Origin: an uncultured Chloroflexia bacterium
Lineage (GTDB): Bacteria > Chloroflexota > Limnocylindria > Limnocylindrales > CSP1-4
DNA length: 64,000 nt
Assembly: GCA_963766735.1 (NCBI GenBank)
Contig: CAVYBU010000008.1
Location: 160,001 to 224,000 of the forward strand
Direction: 5' to 3'
Below, piece after piece: positions 18,436 to 28,929 of this stretch. The position numbers and the translations under genes were made by a program. Under the pieces are notes generated by a model. It saw only the letters and a program-made list of their open reading frames with translations, was not told the origin of the DNA and did not search any database. Every line of letters begins with the position of its first letter. The stretch's first letter is position 1.

Positions 18436-19894
18436 GCGAACCGGCGCCGGCCTCCCGATCCGCCGTCGCCACGATCCGCGCCAGCTCCGCCGCCGCTCGT
18501 TCGTCCAGTGGCTCGGGCCGGTGCTCCCGGAGCAGCCGGTCCACCGTCGCCAGGGCAACGTCCCGTGGCGGGATCGGCGTCCCGTCCGGCGTGCTGCGGC
18601 CCGTCATGGCCGAGAAGTGCATGGCGCGCAGGCCGTCACGCGTGTGCTGCTGGTACAGGAAGTGGCCGCGCGGCCCAACCTCGCGAATGACGTCCATGGC
18701 CAGCGCCGCCGGGCTCGTGTCAAGCCCCGCGAGGTTGACGCGTACACGCTCGTGGAGGTCGGCGTCGAGCACGATCTGCTCGTGATGGAGGACGGTGCAG
18801 GCGTCCAGCAGCCCCATGCCGCTTCCCGTCTCGGCGCCCAGCAGGCTGCACAGCGTCAGGTTCACCGCGGACTCGGCCGCGACCTGCCAGCCGGGCTCGG
18901 GCGCGTCGGTCCCAAAGACGCCGGCGAGCGTGGGGACGCCCCAGGCGTGCGCCATCTCGACGCCCGCCCCGTAGGCCACCTCGCCCGACATGCTCGTCGT
19001 GAGGAACCCGCCGGTCCGCAGGTTCATGACCCCGGTCATGAGCGAGTGGAACACGGGCGCCCCGGGGTGGACCAGCTGGATCAGGACGAGCGCGGCGATG
19101 ATCTCCGCATCGCCCTGGACCAGAGTTCCGGCGATGGTCGCCGGGCCCGTGGTCCCGCAGTTCGCCATGGACATGAGCCCGACCGGCACGCCCGCCGCGG
19201 CGAAGACCAGCGCTGCCTCCATGCCCTCGTCGTCCTGGGCGAGGGGCGAGATCGCACAGATCAACGATGAGAGCGGCGGCCGGGACCGCATGACACCCTC
19301 GGATCCCGCCAGGACCCGCGCCATCTCCACCGCGTGGCGGGCCTGCGTCGCCCCCATCACCGTCTCGGTCTGGACGTGCTTGATGGTGTTGGTGTACGAG
19401 GCGAGCAGCTCGTGGAGGGGTGCCGTCGCCGGGTGATCGGAGGCGGACACGATCGGCCAGTAGAAGCCCAGCGCGGGCAGGGCGTCGGCCACACGGGCCA
19501 TGTCGGCCACGTCCGCGACGGTGGACGGACGGACCTGACCGGTGACCCGGTCCACGACGCGGATCCCGCTCCCGTCCGTCCCCACGTAGAACGCGGACCC
19601 GTCCAGGAGGAGATCCCAGCCGGCCGTGCGCGCGCCAAGGGTGTACGACCGCGGCGCCCTCGCCATCGCCGCCAGCACGAGATCCGGCGGGAGCCGGACG
19701 ATCCGGCTCCCGTGGTCCACGGTGGCTCCGTGGTCCTCGTACAGCCGGCGGACGCGCCCGGACGGCACGTGGATGCCGACGGTCTCGAGGATCTCGAGCG
19801 TCGCGGCCCGAAGGTCGGCCAGCTGCCCGTCGTCGAGCAGCCGGAGGCGGCGCACGGACCGGATCGGCGCCAGCGGCGGCGTGACCGCAGACAT
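18428..19894 (-). CDS. mttB: MttB-family non-Pyl methyltransferase 3
   Basis: ICAISPLAQD, GTTGPATIAGTLVQGDAE, PGAPVF, WGVP and GPRGHFL motifs. Confidence 0.88.
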   Translation of the reverse strand: MSAVTPPLAPIRSVRRLRLLDDGQLADLRAATLEILETVGIHVPSGRVRRLYEDHGATVDHGSRIVRLPPDLVLAAMARAPRSYTLGARTAGWDLLLDGSAFYVGTDGSGIRVVDRVTGQVRPSTVADVADMARVADALPALGFYWPIVSASDHPATAPLHELLASYTNTIKHVQTETVMGATQARHAVEMARVLAGSEGVMRSRPPLSSLICAISPLAQDDEGMEAALVFAAAGVPVGLMSMANCGTTGPATIAGTLVQGDAEIIAALVLIQLVHPGAPVFHSLMTGVMNLRTGGFLTTSMSGEVAYGAGVEMAHAWGVPTLAGVFGTDAPEPGWQVAAESAVNLTLCSLLGAETGSGMGLLDACTVLHHEQIVLDADLHERVRVNLAGLDTSPAALAMDVIREVGPRGHFLYQQHTRDGLRAMHFSAMTGRSTPDGTPIPPRDVALATVDRLLREHRPEPLDERAAAELARIVATADREAGAGSHG

Positions 19895-19899
19895 GACCG

Positions 19900-21396
19900 T
19901 TACCCGAGCTGGCGCCCGGCGGCTCCGAGGATCCGCGTCAGCTCCGCCTTCTCCGCGGCGCCCAGCGGCTCCGGGTGGTGGTTCGCCCGGACCCACGCCG
20001 CCTTCTCGCGGGCAACCTCGATCGGGTCGCGGTAGCGGCCGTTGACCAGGTCGTGCTCGAGGCCGCGCACGAGCGACGTCCTCATGTGGGTGCGGGTGTG
20101 CTCCTCCGCCAGGAAGTGCCCGCCCGGGCCGACGGCCGCGATCACGTCCAGCGCCAGTGTCTCGTCACTGACGTCCGCTGCCATGAGCGCGTAGCGCGCC
20201 CGCTCGTAGAGCTCGTTGTCGAGGAAGATCCCCTCCGGGTAGAGCAGCGTGTACGTGCGGTCGAGGCCCATGCCCGTGACCAGCTCCGCGCCCGCCAGGC
20301 CGCCCAGGAGCGGGTCCAGCGCGACGTCCGCAGCCGCGAGCCAGGTGCCCGCGGCCGGCGAATCCGTGCCGAAGCACGCGCCCATCGACGGGACGCCCCA
20401 GTGGTGCGCCATCTCGACCGGCGCGTAGCGGATCCGGCCGTCGAGGGAGTACCCGACGTAGTTCCCGGTCCGCGGATCCGCCCAGGCCTTCATGATCGAG
20501 TGGAAGACCGGCGTGCCCGGGTAGGCCAGCTGCAGCAGCACGATGCCGGAGATCACCTCCGCGTCGCCCACCACCAGGGCTCCGGCCGAGGTGGACGGCG
20601 CCGTCGTGCCCAGGGTCGGCATCGAGAGGAAGCCCACCGGGATGCCGGCTTCGGCCATGACCAGCGCGGACTCGAGGCCTGCGTGGTCCTGCGCCAGCGG
20701 CGCGATGGAGCAGATGAGGTTCGAGAAGGCCGGCCTGCTGCGGAGCGCCTCGCGGCTGCCGGCGATGACGGTGGCCATCTCGACGGCGAAGCGGGCCGCC
20801 TCGTCGCCCATGACCATGCCCTGGAAGTGCTTGACGGTGTTGTTGTAGGCGGCGTCCATCTCGTGGAGCTGCGACGTGCGGCCCATGTCCTGGGCGCTCA
20901 CCGTCGCCCACATGAAGCCGATCGACGGCAGGTAGTCGGCCACCCGGGCCATCCGGGCGACGTCCTCCTTGCGCGACGGCCGCTCGAGGCCGGTGTCGGG
21001 GTCGATGGCCGCGACCCCGCAGCCGTCGGTGGTGTAGTAGGAGGTGCCCTCCTCCAGCGCAAGGTCGAAGGCCGGGTTGCGGGCGGCCATCGTGAACTGC
21101 CGCGGGGCGGCGGCCATCGCCTTCCGGACGAGGTCCCGCGGGAACTTCACGATCTGGGTGGCCGCGTCCACCTGCGCCCCGTGATCGCCCAGGATCTCCA
21201 GCGAGCGCTGGTTCGGGAACCGGACCCCGACCGTCTCCAGCACGTGGAGCGTGGCGTCCTGCAACCGGTCGAGCTGCTCGTCCTCGAGGAACCGGACGCG
21301 GCGGGTCGTGCGGATGGGCTCCAGCGGCGGCGTCGGGCTGAAGGTCGCGCCCGTGGTCTCGTCCGTGGGGGTCATGGTCTGATCGTCTCCCGTCAT
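19900..21396 (-). CDS. mttB: MttB-family non-Pyl methyltransferase 4
   Basis: ICSIAPLAQD, GTTAPSTSAGALVVGDAE, PGTPVF, WGVP and GPGGHFLAEEHT motifs. Confidence 0.88.
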   Translation of the reverse strand: MTGDDQTMTPTDETTGATFSPTPPLEPIRTTRRVRFLEDEQLDRLQDATLHVLETVGVRFPNQRSLEILGDHGAQVDAATQIVKFPRDLVRKAMAAAPRQFTMAARNPAFDLALEEGTSYYTTDGCGVAAIDPDTGLERPSRKEDVARMARVADYLPSIGFMWATVSAQDMGRTSQLHEMDAAYNNTVKHFQGMVMGDEAARFAVEMATVIAGSREALRSRPAFSNLICSIAPLAQDHAGLESALVMAEAGIPVGFLSMPTLGTTAPSTSAGALVVGDAEVISGIVLLQLAYPGTPVFHSIMKAWADPRTGNYVGYSLDGRIRYAPVEMAHHWGVPSMGACFGTDSPAAGTWLAAADVALDPLLGGLAGAELVTGMGLDRTYTLLYPEGIFLDNELYERARYALMAADVSDETLALDVIAAVGPGGHFLAEEHTRTHMRTSLVRGLEHDLVNGRYRDPIEVAREKAAWVRANHHPEPLGAAEKAELTRILGAAGRQLG

Positions 21397-22193
21397 GACT
21401 CGGTGGCTTTCTGGCGAGCCTTCCTCGACTGGTACGAGGTCGCGGCCAGGATCACGATGCCGGTGACGACCACGATGATCGTCGAGATCGCGTTGATCTC
21501 CGGGGTCACGCCGAACCGGATGCGCGAGTAGATGTAGAGCGGCAGGGTCGAGGATCCGACGCCCGCGTTGAACGAGGTGATGATCAGGTCGTCGAACGAC
21601 AGAGCGAATGCGATGAGGGCGCCGGCGAGAACAGCCGGCGTGATCAGGGGCAGCGTCACATGCAGGAACGCGGCGCGCGGCGTGGCACCCAGGTCCCGGG
21701 CAGCCTCCTCCATTCGCGGGTCAAGGGAGATCGCCCGCGACCGCACGATGATCGCGACGTAGCTGATCGAGAAGGCGATGTGGGCGACGGCGATCTGGAG
21801 GATCGACCCGTTGGCGCCGAACAGGACGGCGAAGAACAGCAGCAGGCTGATGCCGATGACGACCTCGGGCGTCACCATCGGCAGCAGGATGAGCGCGTCG
21901 GAGGCGCCCGCCGCCCGGCTGGACCGGATCCGGGCGAGGCCCAGGCCCAGCAGCGTGCCGAGCATGGTCGTGACGATCACCGAGATCAACGCGACCTGCA
22001 GAGTCACGCCGAGGGCGGACAGCAGGGCATCGTTGCCGAACAGCTCCGGGTACCACTTGAGGGTGAAGCCGCGCCAGGCAAAGTTGCGCTTCGAATCGTT
22101 GAACGAGAACAGGATGAGGATGACGATCGGCGCGAACAGGAACGCGTAGACGGCGTACGCGAAGCCGGTGAGGATCGGGTTGCGCGCCCGCAT
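21393..22193 (-). CDS. potC: Polyamine-type ABC transporter permease
   Basis: FSFND, EEAARDLGA EAA loop, FALSFDD and TLPLYIYS...TPEINAIST. Confidence 0.9.
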   Translation of the reverse strand: MRARNPILTGFAYAVYAFLFAPIVILILFSFNDSKRNFAWRGFTLKWYPELFGNDALLSALGVTLQVALISVIVTTMLGTLLGLGLARIRSSRAAGASDALILLPMVTPEVVIGISLLLFFAVLFGANGSILQIAVAHIAFSISYVAIIVRSRAISLDPRMEEAARDLGATPRAAFLHVTLPLITPAVLAGALIAFALSFDDLIITSFNAGVGSSTLPLYIYSRIRFGVTPEINAISTIIVVVTGIVILAATSYQSRKARQKATES

Positions 22194-23038
22194 CAGCCGA
22201 TCACCTCGCGGCGGAGGAAGCGCAGCCCGGCGAGCATGCCCGCGATCGTGACCAGGATCAGCAGGAACCCGAGCGCCGCCCCGAATGGCCAGTCTCGGGC
22301 GGACATGAACAGCACCTGGATGATCTTGGCGATCGTGGTGGTCTGGGCACCACCAAGCAGGTCGGGGGTCACGAAGTCGCCGATCGCCGGGATGAAGGTG
22401 AGGATCGCGGCGGCGATGATCCCGGGCATGGTCAGCGGCAGCGTCACGTGGAAGAACGCCGCGCGGCCGCTGGCATACAGGTCGCGGGCGGCGTGAACGA
22501 GCGCCGGGTCCAGGCGGTCGATCGAGACGTAGAGGGGCAGGATCGCGAACGGCAGGAAGCCGTAGGTCATGCCCAGGACGACGGCCAGGTCCGTGTTCAG
22601 GAGCTGGACCGGCTCGCCGACCCCCATCGCCCCCAGCAGGGAGTTCACGACGCCGTTGTCACGCAGGATGATCATCCAGGCGTAGGTCCGGATCACGAAG
22701 CTCGTCCAGAACGGCAGCATGACCAGCACGATCAGCAGGGTCTTGCGCCGGCCGCCGTAGCGACTGATCCAGTACGCCACCGGGTAGGCGATGGCGATCG
22801 AGAAGATCGTGGTCAATGACGCGTACTTGAGCGAGTTGACGGCTGTCGGCAGGAAGTCGGGCTCCAGGGCCCGCCGGTAGTTCTGGAGCCCGAACCCCTC
22901 GAACAGGACGCCGCCGTACTGGTCGCGAGTCGCCAGGCTCACGATGAAGATCACCGCCAGCGGCGCGAGGAAGAAGACAAGCAGCCACGAGAGGCCGGGC
23001 GCGAACAGGGCCGCGTCGCGGAACCGCTGCTGACCCAC
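22193..23038 (-). CDS. potB: Polyamine-type ABC transporter permease
   Basis: LPFWTSFVIRTYAW, AARDLYA, FVTPDLLGG and RDWPFGAA. Confidence 0.9.
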   Translation of the reverse strand: MGQQRFRDAALFAPGLSWLLVFFLAPLAVIFIVSLATRDQYGGVLFEGFGLQNYRRALEPDFLPTAVNSLKYASLTTIFSIAIAYPVAYWISRYGGRRKTLLIVLVMLPFWTSFVIRTYAWMIILRDNGVVNSLLGAMGVGEPVQLLNTDLAVVLGMTYGFLPFAILPLYVSIDRLDPALVHAARDLYASGRAAFFHVTLPLTMPGIIAAAILTFIPAIGDFVTPDLLGGAQTTTIAKIIQVLFMSARDWPFGAALGFLLILVTIAGMLAGLRFLRREVIG

Positions 23039-23075
23039 GGTCGATCGGGGCGTGGTGGCTCGTCGTCGCCGGCGG

Positions 23076-24266
23076 TCAGCCGCCCGCCCGCAGCGTCGTC
23101 CAGCGATCCGAGTACTTCTGCTCGTCGGCCCCGAGGTCCAGGATCTCCTGGAGCTTCGCGACCAGTTCCGGGGTGGGGTTCACGGTCGGGTCAGCCAGGA
23201 TCTCCGGGTCGATGTAGGCCTTGGCGGCCTCGTTGGGGCCCATGTAGCCGATGTAGTTGGTGTTCGCGGCGGCGACCTCGGCGTCGAGCATGAAGTTGAT
23301 GAACGCGTGGGCCGCGATCGGGTGCTGTGCGCCGGCCAGCAGGACCATCGTGTCCGAGCCCCGGACCCCACCTTCCTCCGGGATGTAGTAGGTGACGGTG
23401 TCGCGCTCCTCCTGGACCTGGTAGACGTCCGCGCCCCAGGCCTGCATGAGCCAGACGTCGCCGGTGGACAGGACGCCGATGTCGTCCGTCGTGTACGTGC
23501 GCAGGAGCGGCTGCTGCTGCTGCAGCAGGGCCAGCGCCTCGTCAAGCTCCGCATCACTCGTCGTGTTGGCGCTGTAGCCGAGGATGATCAGGGCGGCCGC
23601 GAACGCCTCGCGCATGTCGTCGAGCATGGCCATCTTGCCCGACCACTGCTCGTCCCAGAGGGCCTTGTAGGAGGTCAGCTCGTCCTTGATCTTGGCGGTG
23701 TCGTAGGCGACCCCGGTGGTCCACCACATGTACGGCATGGAGTGCTGGTTGCCGGGGTCATAGCCCGGGTTCTGCCATTCCGCGCCCAGGTTGACGGCGT
23801 TCGGCAACAGGCTCAGGTCGAGGGGCAGGATGAGGTTCCGATCGAGGTAGCCCTTGATGTACGTCGAGGTGGGGAACGTCACGTCGTAGCCGCTGTTCCC
23901 GGTCGCGATCTTCGCGCCTTGAGTCTCCGCGCTGTCGAAGAAGTCGTAGGTGACCTTGATCCCGGTCTGGTCCTGGAACTTGCCGATCGTCTCCTCGCCG
24001 ATGTAGTCCGCCCAGTTGTAGATGTAGAGCTCGCCTTCCGGCTTGGGAACCGGCGTCGGCTCGGCTGTCGGCTCGGTCGTCGGCCCACCCGTCGGGCCAG
24101 GCGTCGCGGCGGGCGGCGAGGTCGGGTCCGGCGACGCCGCTCCGGCGGCGCACGCGGCCAGGGTCGGACCGAACGCCGCTGCGGCGCCGACACCGGCCAT
24201 GCCACGGAGGATCGTGCGGCGGCTCATCGGACGCCGCGGCCGGTAGATCTGGTCGAACTGACTCAT
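23076..24266 (-). CDS. potD: Polyamine-type ABC substrate-binding lipoprotein with Tat-like signal
   Basis: SRRTILRG twin-Arg, LAAC lipobox, PT-rich linker, YNWADYI, PYMWWTTG and AHAFINFML. Confidence 0.9.
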   Translation of the reverse strand: MSQFDQIYRPRRPMSRRTILRGMAGVGAAAAFGPTLAACAAGAASPDPTSPPAATPGPTGGPTTEPTAEPTPVPKPEGELYIYNWADYIGEETIGKFQDQTGIKVTYDFFDSAETQGAKIATGNSGYDVTFPTSTYIKGYLDRNLILPLDLSLLPNAVNLGAEWQNPGYDPGNQHSMPYMWWTTGVAYDTAKIKDELTSYKALWDEQWSGKMAMLDDMREAFAAALIILGYSANTTSDAELDEALALLQQQQPLLRTYTTDDIGVLSTGDVWLMQAWGADVYQVQEERDTVTYYIPEEGGVRGSDTMVLLAGAQHPIAAHAFINFMLDAEVAAANTNYIGYMGPNEAAKAYIDPEILADPTVNPTPELVAKLQEILDLGADEQKYSDRWTTLRAGG

Positions 24267-25399
24267 CGTCGTTCCTCCTCCTTCGTCTGCGTCTCGGCGG
24301 CACGCTCGATGACGAGCACGTCCGAGGGTTCCCAGTCGAGCCTGACCCGGTCCCCCTGGGCCGGTCGCTCAGCCGATCGCGGTACGACGACACTCAGCAC
24401 GAGGCCGCCGTCCGTCCGGACCTGGTGGCTCACCGACGTCCCCAGGTAGGCGCTCTGCAGCACACGGCCGCGGAGCGCCGGCACGGGTCCGTCGGCCTCC
24501 ATGGATTGGTCGTCCGGGACGATGGTGATCGCCTCCGGGCGGATGGCAAGGTCGACGGCCGTCCCCACGGCTACCCCTCCGGCGGCCACGCAGCGCTCTC
24601 CGCCGTCCAGCCGCACCACGACCGCGCCGGGTTCCTTGGCTTCGATGGTCCCGGCCAGCAGATTGCTGGTGCCGATGAAGCCGGCGACGAACTGCGTGGC
24701 GGGCCGGTCGTAGAGCTCCTCGGGCGAGCCCAGCTGCTCGACGCGCCCGACGCGCATCACGGCGATCCGGTCCGAGAGGGCCAGCGCCTCCTCCTGGTCA
24801 TGGGTCACGTAGATGAACGTGATGCCCACCTCGAGCTGGATGCGCTTGAGCTCGACCTGGAGCTGCCGCCGGAGCTTGAGGTCCAGCGCACCCAGCGGCT
24901 CGTCCAGGAGCAGGACCGTCGGCTCGCACACCAGCGCCCGGGCGAGAGCGACGCGCTGTTGCTGGCCGCCCGAGAGCTGGTCCGGCTTGCGACCCCCGAA
25001 GTCGGGGAGGCGGACGAGCTCCAGGGCGGCGCCGACGCGGCGCGAGATCTCGGGCTTGTCCGTGCCCCGGCGCCGAAGGCCGAACGCGACGTTCTCGAAC
25101 ACCGTGAGGTGCGGGAAGAGCGCGTAGCTCTGGAAGACCATGTTGACCGGGCGCCGCTCGGGCGGTTCCTGCGTGATGTCCTGGCCCCGGAGCAGGATCT
25201 GCCCGCCGGTCGGCATCTCGAAGCCGCCGATCATGCGCAGAGTGGTGGTCTTGCCGCAGCCGGACGGCCCGAGGAGTGAGAAGAACTCGCCCGCCCGGAT
25301 GTCGATGGAGACGCCGTCCACCGCGGTGACCTCGCCGAAGGTCTTGCGGAGGTCAACCAGCCGCACGTCGGCTGCAGTGTCATCGCGTCTCGCCGGCAT
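24263..25399 (-). CDS. potA: Polyamine ABC transporter ATPase (start uncertain)
   Basis: GPSGCGKTT, VFQSYALFPH, LSGGQQQRVALARA, LLLDEP and a TOBE tail. Confidence 0.92.
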   Translation of the reverse strand: MPARRDDTAADVRLVDLRKTFGEVTAVDGVSIDIRAGEFFSLLGPSGCGKTTTLRMIGGFEMPTGGQILLRGQDITQEPPERRPVNMVFQSYALFPHLTVFENVAFGLRRRGTDKPEISRRVGAALELVRLPDFGGRKPDQLSGGQQQRVALARALVCEPTVLLLDEPLGALDLKLRRQLQVELKRIQLEVGITFIYVTHDQEEALALSDRIAVMRVGRVEQLGSPEELYDRPATQFVAGFIGTSNLLAGTIEAKEPGAVVVRLDGGERCVAAGGVAVGTAVDLAIRPEAITIVPDDQSMEADGPVPALRGRVLQSAYLGTSVSHQVRTDGGLVLSVVVPRSAERPAQGDRVRLDWEPSDVLVIERAAETQTKEEERR

Positions 25400-25628
25400 C
25401 GTCCCCAACGCGCATCCTCGTCCAGTCGGTCGTCGGCGAGAGGTGTTCCGCGCCGGCGGCCGGTCGTCATGTCTGCTGGATGGGGAGGTTGCGACCGGGG
25501 ACGCCGGCGCTGCAACGGCCATTCGGCAGGGGTCGACCGCACCCCGGAGTCTGGGCGATCGAGCGCCGAACAGACGGCCCGTCCCGCATGGTGCGCCACG
25601 GGTTTCCCCGGCCTGCGATCATCGCGCC

Positions 25629-27023
25629 ATGCCGGAGCAGCTCATTCAGCCATCCACGCACCCCCCGAGCGTCGAGCGGATCCTTGTCCTCGTGCGCGAC
25701 GCGGCGGAGGTCTCCGAGCCGGCCGCCCTGAGCGCGCTGGTCCGCGAGGTCATCGACGAGGAGCGGCGGCGGCTGGGGGCGGGCGCGCCGCCCACAGCCG
25801 AGGGCGACCTGGCGGACGCGGTCCTGGCCCGCCTGGACGACCTGTCCGATCCGGCCCTGACGATCCCGCCGAGCGTGATCAACGCGACGGGCATCGTGCT
25901 GCACACGAACCTCGGGCGGGCGCCGTGGCCCCTGGCCGCCCGGGCAGCAGCGCTCGCCGCAGCCCGCTCGTACGGCTACCTGGAGCTGGACGAGGGAACC
26001 GGGCGTCGCGGCGCGCGGTTCCGGGTGGCCGAGGAGCACCTGGTTGCGCTGACGGGTGCCGAGGACGCGATGGTCGTCACCAACAACGCGGCTGCGCTGC
26101 TGCTGGCCGTGGGGCTTGTGGGGCGACGAGGCTCGGTGGTGGTGTCGCGCGGGGAGCTGGTGGAGATCGGTGGCGGGGTGCGAATCCCGGAGATTGTCGC
26201 GCGCGCCGGGGCTCGCCTGGTCGAGGTGGGGACGACGAACCGGACCCGAGCAGCGGACTTCGAGACTCCGCTGGCGGAGGGGCGCGCTTCGGCGGTCCTG
26301 CGGGTCCACCCATCGAACTTCGCGCAGTCCGGGTTCACGGAGGCAGCCGACCTGGCGGAGACGGCCGAGTTCGCCCGCAAGCACGGCGCGATCGTCATCG
26401 ACGACCTGGGGTCCGGTGCGCTCCTCGACACCGCCCTCTTCGGCCTGGCGCACGAGCCGACGCCCACGGAGCGGCTTGCGGCGGGCGCCGACCTGGTCCT
26501 GTTCAGTGGCGACAAGCTGGTCGGCGGGCCGCAGGCGGGGCTGCTTGTCGGCCGGGCGGACCTGGTGGCCAGGCTGAGGCGGGATCCACTGGCACGGGCG
26601 ATCCGCGCGGACAAGGCGATCCTCGCCGGGGTCGCGGCGACGCTGGCGATCTACCGTGCCGGGCGCGCGGCGCTGGACATCCCCGTCTGGCGGACGATCT
26701 CGATCGAGGCCGAGGCGTTACGGGCGCGGGCGGAGTGGGTTCGCGGCGCCGCCGCCGCGGCCGGGCGAGCCGATGTCTCGGTGGTGCCGCTCGAGTCGCC
26801 GGTGGGGGGCGGCTCGCTGCCGGGGCAGGTCCTGCCGTCGTTCGGGGTGTCGGTGCCGGCGGCGTCACCGTCACGGGCTGCCGCGGCCCTGCGTCGGGAG
26901 CCGGACCGGATCCTGGCCCGCATCGTCGACGGTGCGGTTGTGTTCGACCTTCGCACGGTTCCCGCGTTCGCCGACGACGTCATCGTGCGGCGGCTCGCGG
27001 ACGTTCCGCCGCCGCGCTCGTGA
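25629..27023 (+). CDS. selA: L-seryl-tRNA(Sec) selenium transferase
   Basis: VINATGIVLHTNLGRAP, NNAAA, SRGELVEIGG, EVGTTNRT, DLGSG and FSGDKLVGGPQAG. Confidence 0.95.
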   Translation: MPEQLIQPSTHPPSVERILVLVRDAAEVSEPAALSALVREVIDEERRRLGAGAPPTAEGDLADAVLARLDDLSDPALTIPPSVINATGIVLHTNLGRAPWPLAARAAALAAARSYGYLELDEGTGRRGARFRVAEEHLVALTGAEDAMVVTNNAAALLLAVGLVGRRGSVVVSRGELVEIGGGVRIPEIVARAGARLVEVGTTNRTRAADFETPLAEGRASAVLRVHPSNFAQSGFTEAADLAETAEFARKHGAIVIDDLGSGALLDTALFGLAHEPTPTERLAAGADLVLFSGDKLVGGPQAGLLVGRADLVARLRRDPLARAIRADKAILAGVAATLAIYRAGRAALDIPVWRTISIEAEALRARAEWVRGAAAAAGRADVSVVPLESPVGGGSLPGQVLPSFGVSVPAASPSRAAAALRREPDRILARIVDGAVVFDLRTVPAFADDVIVRRLADVPPPRS

Positions 27024-27036
27024 CCCCGCCCGCGTC

Positions 27037-28929
27037 GTGAGCGTCGTCGTCGGGACCGCCGGGCACATCGACCACGGCAAGACCACGCTGCTGCGCGCCG
27101 TCACGGGCATCGACGCGGACCGGCTGCCCGAGGAGCGCCGGCGCGGCATGACGATCGACGTGGGGTATGCGCACCTCGTCCTGCCCGATGGATCGGTGCT
27201 GGACTTCGTGGACGTACCGGGCCACGACCGCCTGGTCGGCAACATGCTTGTTGGAGCGGGCGAGATCGACGCCGCGCTGGTCGTGGTGGCGGCCGACGAC
27301 GGGCCGAACGCCCAGACGATCGAGCACCTGGAGCTGCTGGACGCGCTCGGGATCCGCGAGGGCGTGGTGGCGGTGACGAAGGCGGACATGGTGGCGCCGG
27401 AGCGGGTGGCGGAGGTGATCGCCGAGGTCGAGGGCCTGGTGGGGAGGACGAGCCTGGCCGGGGTGCCGGTCGTCGCGGTGAGCGCGGTGACCGGCGAGGG
27501 GATCGAGGCGCTGCGGGCCGAGCTGGCGGTGCTGCGGGACCGCGTGGCGGAGGCTCCACCGGCTTCTGCGCCGCACAACCGGCCCCGGCTCGCCATCGAC
27601 CGGGTGTTCGCGGTCCGGGGACGGGGCACGGTCGTGACCGGCAGCCTGCGGGGCGGGCGCGTTGCAGCGGGCGACGTGCTCCGACTGCTGCCCGACGGGC
27701 TCGAGGGGCGGGTCCGGGAGGTCCAGGTCCGGGGCGCGACGGTCGATGCCGCCGATGGAGGACGGACGGCGCTGCTGGTCGGGGGGGTTGAGGCGGCGGT
27801 GCTCCGGCGCGGCCAGGTTCTGGCGACGGACCCCGCCGTGGTGGCGACCTCGCGCGTGCTGGTGGCGATCCGCGCACCGGCCGGGCTGGGCGGGCTCGCC
27901 GGTGCCGCCGCTCCGGCGCCGGGGGATCGTGATCGCCTGCGGCTGCACCTCGGGACCGACCAGGCGGCCGCGCTCGTGGTGCGCGGGCCACGCGAGGCGA
28001 TCGATCTACCGGACGGGTCGCTCCTGGCGATCCTGCGGCTGGATGCACCGATCGCGGCCGCAGCCGGGGACCGGTTCGCGCTGCGGCGGCCGTCGCCAGG
28101 GTCCGCGGCGGGTGGTGGTGTGATCCTGGACCCGGCGCCACCGCGCGGGGTTGCGCGGCGTCGCCTCACCGCGGGGCGCGTGGCGGCGCTGGCCGCTGCC
28201 GTGGGCGATGCGGACGCGCGGCTGGATCTGCACGGGGCGATCCGATCCGGGTCTCGCTGGAGCCTGGCGCCGGACGTGGCCGCGGCGCTGGCGGACCGGG
28301 CGCGGGCGATCGTGGCGGAGCATCACCGGAAGGAGGCGGCCTCGCCGGGGATCTCGAGCGCCGTCCTTCGCCAATCCCTGGCGATCGCGACGCGGAGGCT
28401 GGTCACCGTGGGCCGCGTTGGCGCCGACGAGGTGGCCCGCCAGGTCGTGGAGGACATGCTGATTGCCGGAGCCCTCGCCCGGGACGGAGAGACGATCCGG
28501 GACGCCGCCCGCGCCGCCGGACTGCCGCCCGAAACCCTCGCGGCGATGGACCGCCTGGAGACTGCCCTCTCGGTCGCCGCGCCCCCGTCCCTCGCGGACG
28601 CGTCGCGCGCGGCGGGATGTCCGCCCGATGGCGTGCGTGCGCTGGAAGCCACAGGTCGTATCGTCCGACTCGAGGACGACATGGCCTGGGCCTCGGGTGT
28701 CTACCGGGATCTTGTCAAACGCGCGCTGGCGATGGCCGCGACCGCGCCCCTCACCCCTGCCGCCTTCCGCGACGCCACGGGCTCCAGCCGCAAGTACGTC
28801 ATGGTCATCCTCGAAGACCTTGACCGGCGCGGGCTCCTCCGCCGGACGGACGCCGGGCACGTCCTCGGCCCGAAGGCGATCGCCCGCATGCAGGCCCGGG
28901 CGGCCGCAGCGAGCAGGGAGGGGTCGTGA
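27037..28929 (+). CDS. selB: Selenocysteine-specific elongation factor
   Basis: GTAGHIDHGKT, EERRRGMTID, DVPGH, TKAD, IDRVF...GTVVTG and a C-terminal SRKY winged-helix motif. Confidence 0.95.
   Translation: MSVVVGTAGHIDHGKTTLLRAVTGIDADRLPEERRRGMTIDVGYAHLVLPDGSVLDFVDVPGHDRLVGNMLVGAGEIDAALVVVAADDGPNAQTIEHLELLDALGIREGVVAVTKADMVAPERVAEVIAEVEGLVGRTSLAGVPVVAVSAVTGEGIEALRAELAVLRDRVAEAPPASAPHNRPRLAIDRVFAVRGRGTVVTGSLRGGRVAAGDVLRLLPDGLEGRVREVQVRGATVDAADGGRTALLVGGVEAAVLRRGQVLATDPAVVATSRVLVAIRAPAGLGGLAGAAAPAPGDRDRLRLHLGTDQAAALVVRGPREAIDLPDGSLLAILRLDAPIAAAAGDRFALRRPSPGSAAGGGVILDPAPPRGVARRRLTAGRVAALAAAVGDADARLDLHGAIRSGSRWSLAPDVAAALADRARAIVAEHHRKEAASPGISSAVLRQSLAIATRRLVTVGRVGADEVARQVVEDMLIAGALARDGETIRDAARAAGLPPETLAAMDRLETALSVAAPPSLADASRAAGCPPDGVRALEATGRIVRLEDDMAWASGVYRDLVKRALAMAATAPLTPAAFRDATGSSRKYVMVILEDLDRRGLLRRTDAGHVLGPKAIARMQARAAAASREGS

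Noticed and set aside
12279-21396. Pyrrolysine or Sec recoding in the MttB genes
   Set aside because: All four frames are open without TAG or TGA; no pyl genes are present.
17076-25600. Integrative element at tRNA-Sec
   Set aside because: No integrase and no duplicated tRNA 3' end seen; the downstream genes are metabolic.
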